A stretch of DNA of 64,000 bases from Candidatus Hadarchaeota archaeon (GTDB lineage Archaea > Hadarchaeota > Hadarchaeia > Hadarchaeales > JAGGTB01): the NCBI GenBank assembly GCA_964384105.1, contig CAYLJV010000001.1, forward strand, positions 448,001 through 512,000, in the 5' to 3' direction. Positions 19,311-29,105 of the stretch are shown piece after piece. The position numbers and the translations under genes are program-made. Numbering within the stretch: position 1 is the first letter of the stretch; each line of letters begins with the position of its first letter. The notes under the pieces are model-generated. The model saw only the letters and a program-made list of their open reading frames with translations. It was not told the DNA's origin and made no database searches.

Positions 19311-20210
19311 TTAGGAATCATTTTCTGGTTCTAGATGAAGGTAGACCGCATCGACTTCCGATAAGGAGCCTATCTCTTTCTTCAAATCCTCCTCTATATC
19401 ATGCACGGTATAGAAGTCGAGCTTGTCTGAGAGGTGTATGTTTAGTGAAACATGTATCTCCGGTCCGACGTAGTGAGCTTCTAGGTCGTGATAGGATATC
19501 ACTTCTTTCTTTTCATCTAATATTTTCCTTATTCTATCGACGATTTTCTCAGGAGCTGCGCCGCCAGTTAAAAATTTGAAGTTCTTCTTTCCGATGGAGT
19601 AAGCGGTTTTGAATATCCATACTGAAACGATTAATCCCACAAAGGTGTCTAGAAAAAGTAATCCACCCCCCGCTCCTATTACACCTACAAGAGCAGTAAA
19701 AGAGGCCAAGACATCAGTTTTTGAGTCTTCTGACGAAGATATTAATGCGGTTGATCCTAATTCTTTTCCTTTCTTTTTCAAGAAAACAGATAATCCGAAT
19801 TTGGTAATTGCTGATATGATTAGAGCGATGATAAGAAATATACTAAACTTGTAAACTGGATTGAAGATACTTTCTATCGCTTGCTTGACTATTAAGACCC
19901 CAGTAATCCCGATCGCAATAGCGACGACTAAGGATATGAAAGGCTCAAATCTTTCGTGACCATGAGGATGAGAGTCATCTTTTGGTCTTAGTAATATCTC
20001 AAAGCCGAGAAACAGGAACCCGGAATAAGCGAGATCACCGAGGGAGTTAAAGGCATCTGCTTTTACCGATATTGATTGGTAGAAAAAAGTGGGTACCCAT
20101 TTTATGAGGAATAGGGATAGATTTACCCCGATCAGGAGCAAAGCTATCATTCTAACCTTTTTTCTTTTTTCCGTTATCTCCATGACATTGATAATTGTTC
20201 CTAATTCCAA
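19311..20210 (-). CDS. Cation diffusion facilitator transporter (FieF-like)
   Basis: ADAFNSLGD, HPHGHERFE, hydrophobic helices, C-terminal dimerisation domain ending HLEP. Confidence 0.92.
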   Translation of the reverse strand: MELGTIINVMEITEKRKKVRMIALLLIGVNLSLFLIKWVPTFFYQSISVKADAFNSLGDLAYSGFLFLGFEILLRPKDDSHPHGHERFEPFISLVVAIAIGITGVLIVKQAIESIFNPVYKFSIFLIIALIISAITKFGLSVFLKKKGKELGSTALISSSEDSKTDVLASFTALVGVIGAGGGLLFLDTFVGLIVSVWIFKTAYSIGKKNFKFLTGGAAPEKIVDRIRKILDEKKEVISYHDLEAHYVGPEIHVSLNIHLSDKLDFYTVHDIEEDLKKEIGSLSEVDAVYLHLEPENDS

Positions 20211-20269
20211 AAAAGTTAGTTGTATTAAAGAAACTCATTACTTGTTTTGAAGCTCAAGTTCTATGTGGA

Positions 20270-20830
20270 TTAATCCTTTAATGTAACGTTTTTTATCTCT
20301 CTTCTTTCGATTATCTTTTCTATGAAAAATCCCATGAGTGAAACGAAAATTATTGTCAATATAAGTCTTGTAACCATGAAGTTCAGACCCAAGAACTGTA
20401 GTTCTATCATCTCTTGTGGAATTTTTATGCAGGCCCAGGCCGAGAGAAAGATGATTATGTTCATGACTCGTGCACCTTTTTTAAGCATCGCTGCCGCTAG
20501 TGGAAAAGCCACATAAAGAGGGCCGGTCGGCGTAGCTCCGAGAACGACAGCTATCAAAATCCCTTTTAGCCCTGAAGCTTTGCCTAAATATTTAACAACT
20601 AACTCTTTCGAAATCCAGACTTTGAAAAGTCCCATCAAAATCATTACTGCGGGGAGTATCCATATCATCTCTAAGAGATAATCCCATGAGGTAGAAACTA
20701 CGGGCCCGGTTTTTTCAGGAAAGATAGATAGAAGAATTGCCATTACTACTAATGCAAGTCCAAGAAGAATCCAGTCTCGGAGTACCTTCTTTTTGGATCT
20801 CTTCTCTTTCCCTTTACTTTCAGGCTTCAA
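20270..20830 (-). CDS. Permease (DUF318/ArsP-like half), cassette 1
   Basis: GATPTGPLYVAFPLAAAMLKKGA, FLSAWACIKIP...ELQFLG. Confidence 0.8.
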   Translation of the reverse strand: MKPESKGKEKRSKKKVLRDWILLGLALVVMAILLSIFPEKTGPVVSTSWDYLLEMIWILPAVMILMGLFKVWISKELVVKYLGKASGLKGILIAVVLGATPTGPLYVAFPLAAAMLKKGARVMNIIIFLSAWACIKIPQEMIELQFLGLNFMVTRLILTIIFVSLMGFFIEKIIERREIKNVTLKD

Positions 20831-21309
20831 AGTATCAACCCCATTAAAATGGATATTATAATGGCGATTACGAAGCTCAGACCGTTCCTAAGAAAGGCCA
20901 TCTTTTTTCCTAGTATCTTTATCTCTACAGGAAGGTAGACCGTTCCGATCATTGTTAAAGTTGTAATAAATGCCGCGGCTGCCATAATTGAGGCCCCGCT
21001 TTCCAGTAAAGATGCTGCGAGAGGGAAAGCTATGAGGGACGGAATATGTAAAATTGATCCTATTCCTCCAATTATCAAAACTCCCAGAATTCCTGATTGT
21101 TCGCCAAAGAACCTTGCTATTTGATCGGGGGGTACGAAACCCAGAAGCAAACCGACTATCACTACGATAACTAATATCATCGGGAGGATCTTAATCAGAG
21201 ATTTGCCCGCAACCTTCAGAGAACGAATCGCTTTTTCCTTATTTTTAAAGAAGGCTATTATGAGTCCAGCTAAAGCGAAGGCGTTTATTATGATTGCTGT
21301 GAGGTTCAT
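20827..21309 (-). CDS. Permease (DUF318/ArsP-like half), cassette 1
   Basis: IPSLIAFPLAASLLESGA, FITTLTMIG, E...GKK...RN. Confidence 0.8.
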   Translation of the reverse strand: MNLTAIIINAFALAGLIIAFFKNKEKAIRSLKVAGKSLIKILPMILVIVVIVGLLLGFVPPDQIARFFGEQSGILGVLIIGGIGSILHIPSLIAFPLAASLLESGASIMAAAAFITTLTMIGTVYLPVEIKILGKKMAFLRNGLSFVIAIIISILMGLIL

Positions 21310-21968
21310 TGTACCCCTCCCATATTTCTATACTCGATAGAATCTACGGGGCATACTTCCTCACATCTGAAACATACTAGACATTCTTTATTTTTGATTT
21401 CTCTTGCACCTGAGTCGAGGGTGGATATCGTATTATTTGGGCAGACCTCCTGACACTTTCCACATCCAATACAGCTAGATTTATCTACTTTCAGTCCATA
21501 TTTGGCGTAATTTGAAGATAAGCTGAGGATAGCTCCATAAGGACATATATTTTTGTGGAAGGTTTCTTCTTCGAATATAAGAAAAAAACCTACCCCTATC
21601 AGTGTTATGATTAGGAATACTGGCAATTGTGTTCCTGCGGTTCTTATGTAGATAATACTAGAAATTAAAGCGATCAACGCGATCCACCTTCCCCAGCCTT
21701 TTGAAAGTAGCGAAGGTGTTTTTCTTCTTGTTCTACCTAGCTTACTATAGACCCATCCTATTGGACGAGCTAGTGCTCCTATAGGACAGATCCATCCACA
21801 GTAAAATCTGCTGAAAACTATAGATGCCAATACTCCAATGCCAAATATCAAGAGCCAGAATTGGGTAAGTCCATTCAGGACAAGTACAATAAAGAGAGAA
21901 AAAAATAGCGTTTGAATCGCTGCCCTAAGGATATATCTGAATCTACTGTTGTTTTTGATTAGTATCAC
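21306..21968 (-). CDS. Membrane 4Fe-4S-binding protein (NapH/YccM-like)
   Basis: RFYCGWICPIG, ICPYG, CIGCGKCQEVCP, CLVCFRCEEVCP. Confidence 0.88.
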   Translation of the reverse strand: MILIKNNSRFRYILRAAIQTLFFSLFIVLVLNGLTQFWLLIFGIGVLASIVFSRFYCGWICPIGALARPIGWVYSKLGRTRRKTPSLLSKGWGRWIALIALISSIIYIRTAGTQLPVFLIITLIGVGFFLIFEEETFHKNICPYGAILSLSSNYAKYGLKVDKSSCIGCGKCQEVCPNNTISTLDSGAREIKNKECLVCFRCEEVCPVDSIEYRNMGGVQ

Positions 21969-22555
21969 CTTTTTAGGATTTTAAACAGTTCTTCAGTGAT
22001 CTTGTCAGCTTTCTCAGTCAATGAATAGGAAAATTTGTTGTCTCTCCATTCTAATGCAGACATCCTGACGGCACCCATAAAAAGCAGAGCGAATATTTCT
22101 GGGTCTGTCTCTTTGGAAAAATGTCCTTTTTCCTGTCCATTTTTTATAATATTTTTTAAAGTCTCTTTCTTTGCTTCATGATGTTTAGTAAACAGCTCCT
22201 TTATTTCTGGATATTCTCTGAAAATCTCTCCTTGAAAAAGAACAGCTGTTATGTGCGGATTTTCTTCTAGCCTTTCTAAGTGATTGTAAAGTAAATCTCC
22301 AAGTAAGTCGTAGGGGTCCTCGTATTCATTTGGGTTAGTGGGCGCCTGACTTTTTTCAAACACCATGTTTGCTAGGTTTCTTAAAATCTCTTCTTTGTTT
22401 TCAAAGTGTCTATAAATTGCTGGCTCTGAAATATTTATCCTGTCGGCTATATTTCGGACAGTTAAATTCTTGTAACCCTCTTCATGGATGATTCGAAGTC
22501 CTATTTTTAGTATTTCTCCTTGTCTTTCTTCGCTACTCATTCGCTTTTGACTCAT
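21965..22555 (-). CDS. TetR/AcrR-family regulator
   Basis: LTVRNIADRINISEPAIYRHFENKEEI. Confidence 0.92.
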   Translation of the reverse strand: MSQKRMSSEERQGEILKIGLRIIHEEGYKNLTVRNIADRINISEPAIYRHFENKEEILRNLANMVFEKSQAPTNPNEYEDPYDLLGDLLYNHLERLEENPHITAVLFQGEIFREYPEIKELFTKHHEAKKETLKNIIKNGQEKGHFSKETDPEIFALLFMGAVRMSALEWRDNKFSYSLTEKADKITEELFKILKR

Positions 22556-22562
22556 TTAATCT

Positions 22563-22586
22563 ATGTTAGCTAACGATAACTAACAT
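22563..22586. promoter_or_regulatory. Candidate TetR operator ATGTTAG-N10-CTAACAT
   Basis: Inverted repeat between the TTTATAAA box (22586-22593) and the TetR start; same GTTAG-N10-CTAAC core as 25547-25566. Confidence 0.7.
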
Positions 22587-22683
22587 TTATAAATTTTTCT
22601 ATCTGTATTTTTGATGTTTACGCAAAAAGATGCAAGAAAGTCATTTGATTTAGATATCGGAAAAGATTTAATTGGTTTCTTGG

Positions 22684-22998
22684 TCAACCCGTATCCTTTA
22701 CTTTATCGGTGATCTTGATCGCTTTTCCTAAGTTACTTTGATTTAGTTCTCCACTTTTTTGGATTATCCATCCCGTTTCGCCGGTTGAGGGCTTACTTGC
22801 GGCGATACTGATATCTTGGTGGACAGTGAATCCTTCTTTTTCGGCCATTTTTCCATCTTCTACTTTTACTTTGAGAATTTCTCTTTCCATCCCTCTTTTC
22901 TTAGCCAGATCTGCTAAGAGTTCGACGTCTTCTTTATTCTTGTAGATTCTACGACCCTTCTTACCTTCAAACATTTCCAATTTGGACACCTTGATCAA
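22684..22998 (-). CDS. Hypothetical protein, possibly an eroded C-terminal remnant of a phenylacetate-CoA-ligase-like gene
   Basis: EILKVKVE...GELNQSNLGKAIKITDK loosely resembles the PaaK C-terminus (LxVxVE...GxLPRSEGKAxRVIDxR). Weak start. Confidence 0.35.
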   Translation of the reverse strand: MIKVSKLEMFEGKKGRRIYKNKEDVELLADLAKKRGMEREILKVKVEDGKMAEKEGFTVHQDISIAASKPSTGETGWIIQKSGELNQSNLGKAIKITDKVKDTG

Positions 22999-23031
22999 AT
23001 GGATTGATTTTATAGTCTCTTGATTTCCCGC

Positions 23032-23649
23032 TCATTTACTAGGGACTTTTTTAATTCCAGTTACCACGTAGAGACTGGCTAAATCTGGATCGTTGGAGTC
23101 GAAGACCTTCTTACCTTTAATGCCAAGAAAGTATTCGCTTTCTGTTGAGAAATACTTTTTCATGTGTTTTTCGATTGCTTTTGGTTCTGATTGAACTTTT
23201 CTGAAGTAGGAGCCTTCTTTTTTAATATGGGATTTAAAATACTCGGACTCAGGATTGAGCATCATGGCTAGCAGTTTACCGCCCGGGACGAGAACTCTTG
23301 CCATCTCTTGAACCGCCCTTTCGGAATCTTCGATAAATTCTAGAGCAGTTATGGAGTAAGCACAGTCGAGACTCTTTTCCTTGAATGGTAGCCGCTCTGC
23401 GCTAGCGAGAACGAGAGGGCCCTCTACTCTATTTTTAGCCTCCAAGAGCATTTGAAAAGAGGAGTCCAAGTAGATTATATCGAGGTCTCCGATTCTTTCG
23501 CCTATAGAACCGATACCACATCCTACGCTGAGAACGGTGTCACATCCCCGGAGCTTTTCTCTTACCCGTTTGGCCTCTCTGTCCATGAGTTTCTTGCCGA
23601 AGTCTTTGTTGCAGAAATCGATGAATTTTTTGACTTCTTTTTCGGTCAT
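23032..23649 (-). CDS. Class I SAM-dependent methyltransferase
   Basis: VLSVGCGIG, LDSS, AERLPF, ARVLVPGG. Confidence 0.9.
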   Translation of the reverse strand: MTEKEVKKFIDFCNKDFGKKLMDREAKRVREKLRGCDTVLSVGCGIGSIGERIGDLDIIYLDSSFQMLLEAKNRVEGPLVLASAERLPFKEKSLDCAYSITALEFIEDSERAVQEMARVLVPGGKLLAMMLNPESEYFKSHIKKEGSYFRKVQSEPKAIEKHMKKYFSTESEYFLGIKGKKVFDSNDPDLASLYVVTGIKKVPSK

Positions 23650-23703
23650 CCTTATTGTGATTCTCCTTTGTGAACCTTTTAATTTTCTTATTGAGATTGT
23701 GAA

Positions 23704-24429
23704 CTACTTTTTGCTAATGATAACCGGTTTTTCCACAGATCTCATTATTTTTTCTTTCACTTTTTCCCCTCCGGGCTTGCACTTGTCGAGATCAGCCTTT
23801 CCCTTTGCTATCGCTTCTGCATAGTTGGGGCAGCTGTCGTAACCGCAGGCACCGCAGTTGTGCCCAGGGAGTATGTCCATTATTTTCTGCACCTTCTCAC
23901 TGATTTTCCCGATGGAGGAGATGATTTCCTCTCGACTTACGAGTTTTCCCATTAGATATCCTATAGCGATTATCGCCGGAAGTGTTAGAGTCCATCTCGC
24001 GAGCATGAAACTTACGCCCAGAAACTGGATTTCGAGCAGGAGTATAGGGAGCTTAGTTACGGCCCAAGTGCTCAATATGATTGTGATGTTGGAGACGCTT
24101 GCTCCTTTGCGTAGAAGTGATTGGGTTACCGGAAATCCTGCGTAGATAGGGCCGGCTGAGACAGTTCCCAAACCGAAAGAGGCGAGCTTTCCTTTGATTC
24201 CGGATTCCGAACCAAAAGTGTTCAAGATTTTTTCTCTGGGAACCCAGACTTCCAAAAGGCCTGTGAATATCAATATTGGCGGGAGAACCTCCATCATTTC
24301 ACGAATATAGATCCAGGATGTGTCGAGCGCTTGCCTGAAGATGTTCCCGTCGAATAAAAGGACGATTATGTATGCCACTATGGCTGCCACGAGTATTTTG
24401 TTATCTTTGAGATAGTTTTTCAAATTCAC
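23704..24429 (-). CDS. Permease (DUF318/ArsP-like half) fused to a C-terminal RnfB-type Fe-S domain, cassette 2
   Basis: SAGPIYAGFP...EIQFLG followed by LPGHNCGACGYDSC...AIAKG...CKPGG. Confidence 0.85.
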   Translation of the reverse strand: MNLKNYLKDNKILVAAIVAYIIVLLFDGNIFRQALDTSWIYIREMMEVLPPILIFTGLLEVWVPREKILNTFGSESGIKGKLASFGLGTVSAGPIYAGFPVTQSLLRKGASVSNITIILSTWAVTKLPILLLEIQFLGVSFMLARWTLTLPAIIAIGYLMGKLVSREEIISSIGKISEKVQKIMDILPGHNCGACGYDSCPNYAEAIAKGKADLDKCKPGGEKVKEKIMRSVEKPVIISKK

Positions 24430-24433
24430 TTTA

Positions 24434-24925
24434 TCAGAACCATCCTAGTAAGATTGCCATCCCCAGGGCGATCAGTATCGCAAATATGAAGCTGAGGATG
24501 TTTCTAACGAGAGTGAATTTTTTACCGAAATGCTCAATTTCTACCGGGGACGTTGCGAACCCGACCATGGTAAGAGTTGTAATGAACCCTGCGGCCACTA
24601 CTAGGTAAGCTCCTTGACTCATCAGGTCGGCAGCCATGGGGATCGCCACAAATTTTGGCAGGATTAGTAACGTTCCAATACCTGCGCCGTACAAAGTAGC
24701 TAGGAAAGCGTTACCTGTGCCTAGTAATGATTGAATGGCGCCGTCGGGGATGAGAGCGAAAAACAGAGCCACCAGCAGGAGGAGGCCAAAAATTTCCCCT
24801 CCTATTTTTATGGCCATTCCTTTTGCAACGTTTAGACTCTCCTTTGTCTTTTCCTTGCTCTTGATGACGGACCATCCCAGCAGAACCAAAGCTGCAGGAA
24901 CCATAATTAGAACGATAATATTCAT
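24434..24925 (-). CDS. Permease (DUF318/ArsP-like half), cassette 2
   Basis: FITTLTMVG, EIEHFGKKFTLVRN; paralog of 20827-21309. The ATG at 24925 overlaps the TetR stop (TAATG). Confidence 0.8.
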   Translation of the reverse strand: MNIIVLIMVPAALVLLGWSVIKSKEKTKESLNVAKGMAIKIGGEIFGLLLLVALFFALIPDGAIQSLLGTGNAFLATLYGAGIGTLLILPKFVAIPMAADLMSQGAYLVVAAGFITTLTMVGFATSPVEIEHFGKKFTLVRNILSFIFAILIALGMAILLGWF

Positions 24926-25542
24926 TATTGATCGCTCCCCTTTCCCACGAGTTTTTTGAACTGCATCCAAAGTTCGTCCATCTGTCCTTCGAGAGATTTC
25001 TCGCCTCCGCTAAGAGACCAAAAAAGTATCTGTGCTTGTATCATCCCGAAGTAAAAACTGAAAGAAGAATCCGGCTTGATGTCTTCCCTTATCTGGTTTT
25101 TCTCGATTCCCTTTCTGAGAAGGCTTTTGATGAGGTCCTTATATTTGTTGATGATGTTGAGAAGTTCTTTTTGAAGGCTCTCTTCATTGAAATGTACTTC
25201 GTCGGAGAATAAGAGACGCGTGATTCCGGGATTGTTTTGTATGAATCTCATATGGGTTTTAAATACCCTTCTTATTTTCTCTAGGTTGTCGTCAGTTTCG
25301 GCTTCTTCAGCTGAAGCGGATAGTGATTCAATTAGTTCTTTTCCGGCAGCTCGAATCGTTGCCGTGATAACATCCTTCTTGGTGGAGAAATGCTTGTAGA
25401 GGGCAGCTTCTGAGAAGCCGACTCGCTCTGCGATCTCGGATGTTCTTAGGAGTCCTATTCCTTTTTCACCGACTAATTCCAGAGTTGCCTCTATGATTTC
25501 TTTCTTGCGTTCGCTTTTGCTTTTTCGTGTAATCTCAAACAC
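24925..25542 (-). CDS. TetR/AcrR-family regulator
   Basis: LRTSEIAERVGFSEAALYKHFSTKKDV. Confidence 0.92.
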   Translation of the reverse strand: MFEITRKSKSERKKEIIEATLELVGEKGIGLLRTSEIAERVGFSEAALYKHFSTKKDVITATIRAAGKELIESLSASAEEAETDDNLEKIRRVFKTHMRFIQNNPGITRLLFSDEVHFNEESLQKELLNIINKYKDLIKSLLRKGIEKNQIREDIKPDSSFSFYFGMIQAQILFWSLSGGEKSLEGQMDELWMQFKKLVGKGSDQ

Positions 25543-25546
25543 CTTT

Positions 25547-25566
25547 GTTAGTAACCACTTACTAAC
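25547..25566. promoter_or_regulatory. Candidate TetR operator GTTAGTAA-CCAC-TTACTAAC
   Basis: Perfect 8-bp inverted repeat just upstream of the TetR start codon. Confidence 0.72.
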
Positions 25567-25701
25567 TTATACTTTTAAATGTTGGGTTCTAATAGCTCTC
25601 GAGTAATTTCCTTTTTAATTGAATGGAAGAACCGAAAGGGAAAATGTCTTAAGATAAAGTTCTTGGAATTATAGGGGAGAAAGAACAATTGAGGTATTGT
25701 T

Positions 25702-26010
25702 ATGGAAATTATAGATTTGAAGTCGATTGAGTCCTCGGAGGAGTTCAGACCCCACAAGCTGATACAGAAGGACGAGGTTGAAGTGGTTCTCTTGGCCTTT
25801 GAACCGGGACAGGGCCTGCCTGTACACGAGACTCCAGTGGACGTGTTTTTCCATGTGATAGAGGGTGAAGCTAAAATAAAGGTCGGTGAAGAGGAAAAAA
25901 CTGTTTCAGAAGGAAATATTGTGCTGAGTCCTGCCGATATACCACATACGGTTAGGAATGAATCGGAAGAAGAAGCGAAGATCCTGGTAGTAAAGACTCC
26001 TAAACCGTAA
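25702..26010 (+). CDS. Cupin-domain protein
   Basis: PGQGLPVHETP...VIEGE...PADIPHTVRN. Confidence 0.9.
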   Translation: MEIIDLKSIESSEEFRPHKLIQKDEVEVVLLAFEPGQGLPVHETPVDVFFHVIEGEAKIKVGEEEKTVSEGNIVLSPADIPHTVRNESEEEAKILVVKTPKP

Positions 26011-26117
26011 TCTAGGCATTAGTCTCTTTTAACGATTCTACAATTTTTTAATAAGATAGCACTTCTTGCTATTCAGATTGGATACTCATTTACTTTAGGA
26101 AATCGTTAAGAGTTTGG

Positions 26118-28802
26118 TTGAGAGGAGAACAGAGAATGGGTGAAAAATGGCACACTAAGCCATTTAAGGAGATCTTACAGGAGCTAGGTAGTTCAAAGAA
26201 GGGGTTAAACGAAGATGAAGCGGAACAAAGGCTGAAAGAATTTGGAAAAAATGAAATTGAGAGAGGCGAAGAGGCCTCGGTTCTCAAAATATTCACGGAT
26301 CAGTTCAAGGATTTTCTAATACTAATTCTCATTGTGGCAGCTGCTATTTCTTTTCTCATAGGGCACCGAATTGATGGAGCTTTGATAGTAAGCATTGTGA
26401 TCGCAAACGGGGTTTTTGGATTCGCACAAGATTGGAAAGCAGAAAAATCCATTCAGGCTCTCAGGGATATGGCTTCCCCAGCAGCCCTCGTCCTGAGGGA
26501 CGGTGAAAAAACTGAAATCGATTCTAAGGAGATTGTTCCAGGAGATATTATAATTCTCGCTCAGGGGTCTTCAATCCCGGCCGATGCGAGGTTGATAGAA
26601 GAGCAACATCTGGAGGTCGACGAGTCGCCTCTTACTGGAGAAAGTGTGGCGGTGGACAAAAATACTGGAGTTCTTGATGGTGACGTTCCGTTGGCGGAAA
26701 GGAAGAACATGGTCTACAAGGAAACTAATGTTGTCAAGGGGAGGGGAAAAGCCGTCGTCGTTGAGACGGGAATGGACACGGAGATTGGTAAGATAGCCAC
26801 CCAACTTGAAATGGTAGAGGAGGAAGAGACAGTCTTTCAGAGGGAGATAAATGCTCTAGGAAAAAAACTAGGAATTATCATCCTTGTTGTATGTGCCGTT
26901 TTGATTCCAGTTCTGATTTGGCAGGGGCTTAGCCTTATGACGTCTTTTCTTACAGGAGTAGCGCTTGCGGTTGGGGCAGTCCCCGAAGGCCTTCCGGCAG
27001 TTGTAACTCTCACCCTTGCGTTAGGGACGAAAAAGATGGTTGGTAAGAATGCTCTGGTGAGAAGACTTCCAGTTATTGAGACTCTCGGTTCAGTGGACGT
27101 CATTTGTACTGACAAGACAGGAACTCTCACGGAAAACAAAATGGTGGTGCAGAATATATACGCTGGTGGTCGTGATGTAGAGGTTTCGGGCGGGTTCTCT
27201 GATGAAGGGAAGTTCGAAGAAGATGGTCATGAGGTGAATTTCGATGAACTTGAGTTGATTCTCAAAGCGGGTGCGCTTTGCAATGATTCCGAAATCCAGG
27301 AGGATGGGGATGTTCTGGGAGACCCTACAGAGATCGCTCTGATTCAAGTGGCAAGAAAGGCTGGAATGACTCGAGAAAATCTTCAGAAGGAATATCCTCG
27401 AATTGATGAGATTCCATTTTCTTCCAAAAGAAAGAGAATGACGACTATTCATGAAGATTCCGGAAGGAGGATAGCTTACGTCAAGGGTGCCACCGAAGTG
27501 ATTTTGGATAAGTGTGATCGGTATGTGGATGATGGGAAGATAAAGAATCTCAGTGAGGAAAAAAAGAATGAATTTCTGAAGAAGAACGACGAATATGCAC
27601 GGAATGCTCTGCGCGTGTTAGGCTTTGCTTTTAGAAAGTTAGAGAATGAAACAAAAAAGGACGATGCCATCGAATCCAATCTGATTTTTATAGGGTTGCA
27701 GGGAATGATGGACCCGCCTCGCGAAGAGGTAAAGGAAGCTATAGAGACCTGTAGAAAAGCTGGGATAAGAACGGTAATGGTAACGGGAGATAACGCCGTA
27801 ACCGCGAAGGCAATTGGAGAAAAACTCGGTTTTGAGGGAGGGGTTGTTACCGGAAGTGAGATGGGAAATATGTCGGAGGAAGAACTGGCAGATCGGATAG
27901 AGGAAATAGAGATTTTCGCCAGGACTTCACCGAGCGATAAGGTCAAGATTTTGAACGCTCTGAGGGATAACGGTCATATAGTCGCCATGACTGGCGATGG
28001 AGTGAACGATGCACCTTCCCTGAAGAGTGCTGATGTGGGAGCTTCGATGGGGATGAGAGGTACTGATGTCGCAAAACAGGCCTCGGACATTATTCTGCTT
28101 GATGATAATTACAGGACCATTAAGGAGGCAATTGCGGAAGGAAGGGGTGTTTTCGACAATATTCGCAAGTTCGTGAATCTTCTGATTTCTAGCAATGCCG
28201 GAGAGGTTATGATGGTCTTTGTAGCAGCGATACTGTTCTCACCCGGACGACCGCCTCTGACACCGGCTATGCTCCTCTGGGTCAACCTGCTTACTGATGG
28301 TCTACCTGCACTCGCCTTGGGCGTTGATTCAAAGTCCGCAGATATAATGAAGAGGCCTCCGAAGAAGAAGGGAGAAAGTATTATAGACGAGAAGATAGGT
28401 TTCTCAATTTTTTGGATGGGGGTCACGGTTATGATAGTAATGGTCCTTCTATACGGACAATATGTTGGACAGTCTACTGAAAAAGCTATGACGATGGCTT
28501 TGACTTCCTTCGTCTTTATGAAGTTTGGCGCTATAATTCCGATTAGATCTAGATATGGGACACCAGCTATTTCGAATAAATGGTTGGGTCTCGCGGTGCT
28601 GTCTTCAATCCTTGCGCATTTGGCGCTTCTTTACTCACCTCTGAATCGGCTCTTTGCGGTCGTTCCGATTGGGTTAGATAGTTGGCTCTTGATCATGATG
28701 ATTACAGCCGGATTCTTCGCCTTTTCTTGGCTTATGATAAAAAATGAAGATAAATCTCTAAGATGGATGAAGAAAATCCGAAATCGAATATTCTCTCATT
28801 AA
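26118..28802 (+). CDS. P-type cation-transporting ATPase, Ca2+-type IIA-like (likely start ATG 26136)
   Basis: TGES, PEGLP, DKTGTLT, KGA, TGDN, TGDGVNDAP, NLLTDG. Confidence 0.95.
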   Translation: MRGEQRMGEKWHTKPFKEILQELGSSKKGLNEDEAEQRLKEFGKNEIERGEEASVLKIFTDQFKDFLILILIVAAAISFLIGHRIDGALIVSIVIANGVFGFAQDWKAEKSIQALRDMASPAALVLRDGEKTEIDSKEIVPGDIIILAQGSSIPADARLIEEQHLEVDESPLTGESVAVDKNTGVLDGDVPLAERKNMVYKETNVVKGRGKAVVVETGMDTEIGKIATQLEMVEEEETVFQREINALGKKLGIIILVVCAVLIPVLIWQGLSLMTSFLTGVALAVGAVPEGLPAVVTLTLALGTKKMVGKNALVRRLPVIETLGSVDVICTDKTGTLTENKMVVQNIYAGGRDVEVSGGFSDEGKFEEDGHEVNFDELELILKAGALCNDSEIQEDGDVLGDPTEIALIQVARKAGMTRENLQKEYPRIDEIPFSSKRKRMTTIHEDSGRRIAYVKGATEVILDKCDRYVDDGKIKNLSEEKKNEFLKKNDEYARNALRVLGFAFRKLENETKKDDAIESNLIFIGLQGMMDPPREEVKEAIETCRKAGIRTVMVTGDNAVTAKAIGEKLGFEGGVVTGSEMGNMSEEELADRIEEIEIFARTSPSDKVKILNALRDNGHIVAMTGDGVNDAPSLKSADVGASMGMRGTDVAKQASDIILLDDNYRTIKEAIAEGRGVFDNIRKFVNLLISSNAGEVMMVFVAAILFSPGRPPLTPAMLLWVNLLTDGLPALALGVDSKSADIMKRPPKKKGESIIDEKIGFSIFWMGVTVMIVMVLLYGQYVGQSTEKAMTMALTSFVFMKFGAIIPIRSRYGTPAISNKWLGLAVLSSILAHLALLYSPLNRLFAVVPIGLDSWLLIMMITAGFFAFSWLMIKNEDKSLRWMKKIRNRIFSH

Positions 28803-29105
28803 AAAGGAGATAGATTAGGGTTTTGATGTGAATGCAATCCTTAATTTATCTTTTGAATACTGATTACGTATTTGAAGAGAGATTTAGATCCTAATTTGCT
28901 AGTAAATCTCTCTGACTGTTTTAATCATCAAACTGCTACGTCTGTACGCCATAGGCTGGAGAAGTCCAGATTATTCCTTAGTCTCGAGAATTAAAAGGGG
29001 GAATACTAGTGATTGGTCCCGGGAAAACTATTCCAGAGGACATCAAAGAGATTTTTAAATGTATTTTTGAGAAATATAAGTGGCAGATAAAACCGGAGGG
29101 TCGGA

